Below, in pieces: positions 57,851 to 64,000 of a stretch of 64,000 nucleotides of DNA (its first letter is position 1; every line of letters starts with the position of its first letter). The notes beneath the pieces are model-generated. The model saw only the letters and a list, made by a program, of their open reading frames with translations, ran no database searches and was not told the DNA's origin. Source of the DNA: Hypanus sabinus (Eukaryota); contig NC_082719.1 in the NCBI RefSeq assembly GCF_030144855.1, positions 4,712,001 through 4,776,000 on the forward strand, in the 5' to 3' direction. The position numbers were made by a program, and so were the translations under genes.

Positions 57851-60800
57851 TGATGGACTGTGTGTGTACCCATTCTCATTTAACAATTAGGTTTCGTATT
57901 AAATTGTCTTCATTTAGTGTGCATAAATATTGCATCATGCAAATGTATTACTGTTCCTAATTTTCTGCAAAAACATCCTCTGTAATAATCGTAAAATTAT
58001 CATGATTAAGATTATTAATATAAACATGTTAAATTAACAAAGCCAAACAATCAGCAAGTGTGAAGAGAAAAATGCTGATGTATGCACTATTTCACCCTCA
58101 TGTTCCAATTGTGTTGCTTAATTTAAACAATTTGAATTTACAGATAGGGCCTGCAGCTGTTAATTTTACTGGAAGCCAGGTATTGTTATTAGTTTCAGTA
58201 CAATAAGGTTTTACTTAGGTGTACATACAGAATGGTTGTTCAGTTTTCAAAGAAACTAGAGGTTTAGAGTGTAACATATAAGTCAATTTTTTATCTCTGA
58301 TACTAGAACTACAAGATACAGAACTTTAAAAATAAATGGGAAACTCAAACTAATTCTTCTTCAGTCTGCTTTGTTTTTAATACACAGGCATTTGTGGTGG
58401 CAGTGCTGCAATCTCATCCAAGGATCTTATTAGGATTCTTTTCTTTCACAGGTGTGACCTAGATTCAGTAATACGTTAACTTTTCCCTAAGTAACTACAG
58501 TGGAAGCAGCCCAGGTGTGCCTGTTGTTTTTGTGGTATACTTGGCATCCAAAACCAGAATGAAATCATGAAAAGCAGTGTATACTGTAGAGGACTTTTTG
58601 AAGGATGATGTGTCATAAAATGATGAATCAAGGTGAATTAATTAGAAAAATTGTAATTTAGCCTATGGACCAGGGTGATCAAATAGAGGTGAAGCTGCCT
58701 GGGTATTATTTTATACATAATCATTAAGATATGTGCCCTTTTTCTATGATAGAAAGACAGTTAAGTTTAATACATATTCTAGATCTGGGTTTTATAAACA
58801 GAAAAACAATTGTGCTAAGCATAGAAGATAAAGTGAGAGTTTATTCAAATCATTGAGTGACATTAGCTTCAATAATTCAATTGAATGGGACAAAAGAAAA
58901 ATAAGTGCAGTTAAAGCTCTAGTGTTGACAGGTATAATTTCAAATTACTTGATTGTTAAAAGATTTTTTTAAAATGAGAGACAAGAACTAATGCTTCCAT
59001 TGACATAGAACAATTCAGAACATTACAGTAGCATTACATGGATCATTGATGCTATTGATCCAAAATATGTATAGTAAGGATATGAAAATCATGTTTTTTG
59101 TGCCTCTCTAAACTAACAAAGCAGTTGCAGAATTGCAATGAAACAGGAGTTCTTTCATTTGGACTGTCTAGTGCAGTATTCACATTTAGAAAACATTGAG
59201 ATCACCATGTTCAAATTGGAAGGCCAGAAATGTACTTATTAATGGCAGTGCATTGGTTTTGCTCAAAAAAGTGGAGCTAAGCAGTGTAGCCAGAGCCGAG
59301 ATTAAGAAGAACTTTAGAGCAAAAAATATTTATACCTGAAAAAGGATACCAGTAAATATGGAAAAAGGGTGCTATTGGTTTAATTTTTCAGATAAAATAT
59401 ATTTTCTCTAATATAGGTATCTTGTGCACTGTCTCAGATTTTCCTTATAGCAGAACATTTTATCATATTTTGTAACTGCATTTTCACATTGATATAAATT
59501 TTGCAGTAAGTATATAAAATGCTTTAATTTCCACAAAGGTGCCATTCTGAACAAGCCTTAAGCACATCAGTGTTTATTAGTTACCATTCACATCAACTGG
59601 TATAGATAAAAAGTACTGGAATGTCTATTGTCCAGAAAATGGATTACACAACTTCCAACACATTGAAAATACTTGGGAGGGAATTTGCAAAAATGTGAGA
59701 AATCTTTGAGAATCATGCAGTTTGGGAAATTCTATCAGATACTTTTGGTTCAAATGAACACATAGAATGCACAGTAATTCAGACCATTTCTTGTGTAGAA
59801 CTTATTTTGAATATTGTTAGGAGAAAATGAGTCACATGTTACCACTTCAAGCAATTCTATGCCCACTTACAGGAAAACATGTAAGGTGGTACCTCTCTAA
59901 TGGTACTGGATTCACTGTCTGCAAAACCCTAAACTCAAGAAGAGATTTTAAACCCTATCTGTTAAAGGCATCTACGGGTACTCTCACGATATGAAGGTTA
60001 TACTGTATCAACCTTCTCTTTAAATAGCTTGCTTCCTTGTCTAGTCCATGCAATAAGGTCTAGCTGTCAGTACCCACTTTTTGAATGGTGGTCCCTCATC
60101 CCAATCAAGGACAAAATACTTTGAGTTAACAAAATAGTTTAAACACAATTTATTTCATTTTTAATGTTGTACATTTAATTTTGGTCAAACAGTTCTTAAC
60201 ACACATTTAGCACTCACAAAAGATTTCTGATTTATATAAGATTTCCAAATTAGAAAAGATTTCCACTCTACAAAGTATTTCTAAACACAGGTACAATTCT
60301 GATAAACTAATAGAACATACCAATGAATTGCAGTTGATAGAGTCGCCTGTGGCAGAAACTAAAGGTTGAGGTCTGAATTCTAGTTCTTATTTCTGTCACC
60401 TCATCTTTCTGTCATTCTCATTGTCATTCTTAACAATACCTGATTTATATAACATTTATACTGTTTTGCTACTAGTTGACAATATCTGCCTGTGGTATTT
60501 TTCAGACACTTCTGCTGGGACAAAATAATTCAAAGAGATGCTCTAAAAGCTTCTGGAGACAGAGAACCCGGACACCCAAAATTAATGCTGTTTTGTCTGA
60601 CTCTCTAAGTACACAAATATCCTAACTATTGATTGATCAACTATACTTGTGATCATGATTAATGTTTTAAGTGACAAAATCTTCCTTGAACTCAGTCACG
60701 ATGATGCAATAGTTAGCCAGTATTGTCTGATTTGATACAAGCCAATTAACATGACACCATTGTTTTACAATAATTAAACATGGGCCTACCTGACCTCATT

Positions 60801-60954
60801 CATTACTTGTTTACAACAAGGAGCTGAGAAAGTAATATTGGTTAGGAGTTTAACTTTGTCCCAAACAACTCTAACCCTTTAGAAAGGTCATACTGCTGTG
60901 CTAGACAACTGAGATTTGCAATGAGCCTCTTGGTCCCTTGAGAATGAATATCCA

Positions 60955-61283
60955 TCACACCTCAAGAAGGAGGCATCCATTAAGGACCCTCACCATCCAG
61001 GACATACACTCTTCTCATTAATATCATCAGGGAGGAGGTACAGGAGCCTGAAGATGCACACGCATTTTAGAGACAGCTTCTTCGCCACTATTTTCTTCAT
61101 ATTTCTGAAGCCTTCATGAACCAATGAACACTACCTCAGTATTTTGCTCTTTTATGCACTATTTTTATATATTTTATTGTAACATAGTGATTTTATGTAT
61201 TGCACTGTACTGCTGCTGCGAAACAACAAATTTCATGACATGTGTTTATCATAATAAACCTAATTCTGATTTTGATTCTGATC
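60955..61283 (+). mobile_element. Rex1-related 3' fragment
   Basis: Sibling of 16535-16900 and 26805-27140. Tail AATAAACCTAATTCTGATTTTGATTCTGAT. Confidence 0.75.
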
Positions 61284-62334
61284 CTGAGACCTTGGAAAGT
61301 TTACTTTGCCAGATGAAGCATTATTCTAAGCATGAAATGGACATACATCTGCATCTGAGAAATGAAATGCAGCATTGTAGCTCAGCAAGAGTAATTTGAA
61401 GTAGTTCACGTTATTACCGTTATTACAGGGTAAAAGTTTGGAGATAAAACCAACTAAAGTAGCGGCTTAATCAATTAAATCAGCTTATCCCTGATTTAAG
61501 ATATTTACAGTGATTCCACTGTAACCTACATAATGAAGAGTTAACATATCACTGGGCAGATAATGTCAATATCTGTAAATAGATTAGGAGCAAAGTTAAT
61601 TTCCTCACTGGCTAAATGCTTATATTATGTACAGTTCTTATGGATGCCTGCCTAATCTCCAAAATGTCTCCACCCTAGTCTCTACACCATTCATGCATGC
61701 AGCCTGAAGAAATTCGACACGTAAAGAATGAAGGGCAGGAGGAAATTTCACAGCCTTGGGATAACTAATAATTAGAGTAATTGACAGTGATATAACTTCC
61801 AGACAAGGATCATTATTCACAATACTAGATGACTCATCCAGCAACAGGTGCATAACAGTGATGAAAGGGAATAGCAAGGTCCTTAAAATCTGTCTCCTAT
61901 TAAAATAACAAATTATGACATGTTTGGCTTCAATCATATTCAACAAATAATTGAAGAGTGGATACTAGGCGAAAGAAGACCATCAAGGCATGCATTGCTT
62001 CAACATTCAGATGCTTCCAAAGTGAACTCGCAATTTTCATGAAATCCTGATGCTAGAATATCTTACGTAAGGGTACTTTGATGAAAATTTATGACAAAAA
62101 TAATGAAGAAAATATCTAATAAGTAAATTATTAATAATTTGTCATTTTTCCCATTAGGTCTCTCTTTCTGGGCTGTGATCCAATGTTTTTATTGTGACTG
62201 CAGTCTGGTTGATAGACATCTGCTTATTTTTGGGAGGACTGCAGATTATGGTGACTGACATAAAAACATTAAATTAATACTGTAAGTCATTGAGTCCCTT
62301 GAGTTTTCTCCGTCATTCAACAGCATCATGCCTG

Positions 62335-62770
62335 ATCTTCAACTTGATATTTTTCTCTGTCCCTAAATTCTTTGATTCCATCAATATCCAGGAATCCAGT
62401 GCTCTCTGTTCAATCGGTAATCGGTAATGTAGCTCCTACTACCTGCCAATGTAGAGAATTCCACACAATCACAACCTTATGAGTGAAGAAACTCATAAAT
62501 GACCTGTTCCTTATATTAAGACTGTCATTCCTTGTTTGTGAAGCCTTAGTCAGGTCTTCATTCCTTTGGTATCTACACTATCAAGCCTACAACGAACTTT
62601 GAATGTTTTAGTAAAGTCATACGATATTATTCGAAGCTCTAAATAGAGGCCTAACCTACTCAACCTCTCCTCATCTGGCAGACCTAACAACTCGAAAACC
62701 AGTCAGGTGAATCACTGTTGCATTTCATAGCAGGTATATCCAACTTTTAGACTAAAATAGTACATACTGC
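62335..62770 (-). mobile_element. Old CR1-type LINE 3' fragment
   Basis: Minus-strand remnant FFTHKVVIVWNSL and neighbouring CR1 C-terminal pattern. Confidence 0.6.
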
Positions 62771-63559
62771 TGCAGGCCTTGGTCGTAGCGAGGACCATTT
62801 TTAAGAGACATGGCTGCATACAATTACAGAGGAATAAGAACAAATTGTGTCAATCAAGAATATCTCAGAATAATTAATTATTGACACCATTGATCTTCAA
62901 AAGACTTAGTGCCTTAACCTGTTATGATGATGCAGCTTCCAAAAAAGATGAAAAGAGGGTCACCTCTAAGTGCACAGAAAGATCAGGTACATTAATCAGG
63001 AAGAAAGAATGATGTCACAGTCTACTAAGTCCATGCTTGTATTTAACAAAGAAAAACTAATTTCCATTCCCCCTTTCATTTTTTTCTCCTGTAAATTGCA
63101 ATTAGCTTTCTTTCAAATGCCATCAGCTCCCCTTTAATTCTTTTTCCACTTACGTATATACGTGTTGAAGTATACCTGTTCAAGTACACTGCATGTAGAA
63201 TTCAATCGGCGTTGGCTGAAAAGCAATAGGACTAACTTGATGTCTGATTAGGGCCAGATAGTCCTTGGATTCAGGGTCCGTGGATTCTCACCCCACAGGA
63301 TACCAGTGAAGAGTGTTCAAATGTAAAAAAAAAGTACTGTCTTGTTCTGTCTCTTCATAGGTTCTAACTTAATACAGTTACTCAATGCATGCCAGCCTTG
63401 ACCTCTAATTCTTCTGATTACCATCTTGACAAATGATTGCCCAAAATGATGCATTTTTAGTTTTAAATTAGCCAGAGTTTTGGGTATTAGTGGATGTATC
63501 TATTGAATCATGTGATAGAGTGACATTGTTGCATTGCAGTTCCTAATACCACTGACAGA

Positions 63560-63840
63560 ATGGAGTTTGCACATTTTCTTTATAACTACATGGGCTTTTG
63601 CTAGTTACCCTAGTTTCTTCCACATCTCAAGGATGTTCTGGCAGGTTAGTTTGCTAATGTATGTTTCCCCCATTGTGTAGTTAAGTAGGAAAAGGATCAT
63701 AGTGGAGCTGATGGAAATTGGAGAGAAAATAAATGACATTATACTGGAGAAACAAATGAAGAAGGGACTAGGACTGAAGGGATTCCTTTGATGAATGCCA
63801 GATATGGATTCAGTCAGCTGAATCCCCTTCTGTTCTGCCA
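63560..63840 (+). mobile_element. Old V-SINE-like fragment
   Basis: TGGAGTTTGCACATT...TAGTTTCTTCCACATCTCAAGGATGT..GGTTAGT core-like sequence with a CR1-type tail. Confidence 0.55.
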
Positions 63841-64000
63841 CAAATACAGTGTGTAGGAGGTACATGGCTTCCTGCTTGTGCTGGAAAACCTGATGACCCC
63901 ATCCATTAGTAACAGTGCTAAGCTTTCTGCTTCTCTGACCATAGCAAACTGTCTAATGCAAAGGTCAGTTTGATTTTAGAAGAAATTTCTTGATAGATTG

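Overview
AT-rich, CpG-poor vertebrate DNA. The repeat repertoire (CR1/HER1-type LINEs, HE1/V-SINEs, Rex1/Babar, Neptune-type Penelope, Gypsy) suggests a cartilaginous fish, probably a ray; this is inference. About 55-60% of the window (sum of my hand-called intervals) is recognisable transposon sequence. Almost every recognisable ORF in the track is a transposon remnant or the antisense shadow of one. I could not identify a host protein-coding gene, tRNA, rRNA or CRISPR array, so the window looks intronic or intergenic. It has one 152-N assembly gap. The best-supported unusual structure is a single Penelope-like insertion (9834-13958, minus strand) bounded by an exact 12-bp target-site duplication. 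It carries (i) a 104-bp foreign segment plus a second, diverged element terminus at its 3' end, consistent with 3' transduction, (ii) a minimal hammerhead ribozyme motif, (iii) a nested CR1 with a 7-bp TSD, and (iv) a 96-bp x 7.7 frame-preserving minisatellite at its 5' junction. Other items worth checking are an L1 with a twin-priming-type 5' inversion, a ~925-bp non-coding element sharing the Rex1 3' end, V-SINEs with two different LINE tails, a fold-back of two Penelope termini, and a compact cluster of plus-strand splice sites at 38.2-38.6 kb that could encode a small membrane or secreted peptide. Repeat boundaries without TSDs are approximate (tens of bp), and family names come from motif recognition, not database searches.
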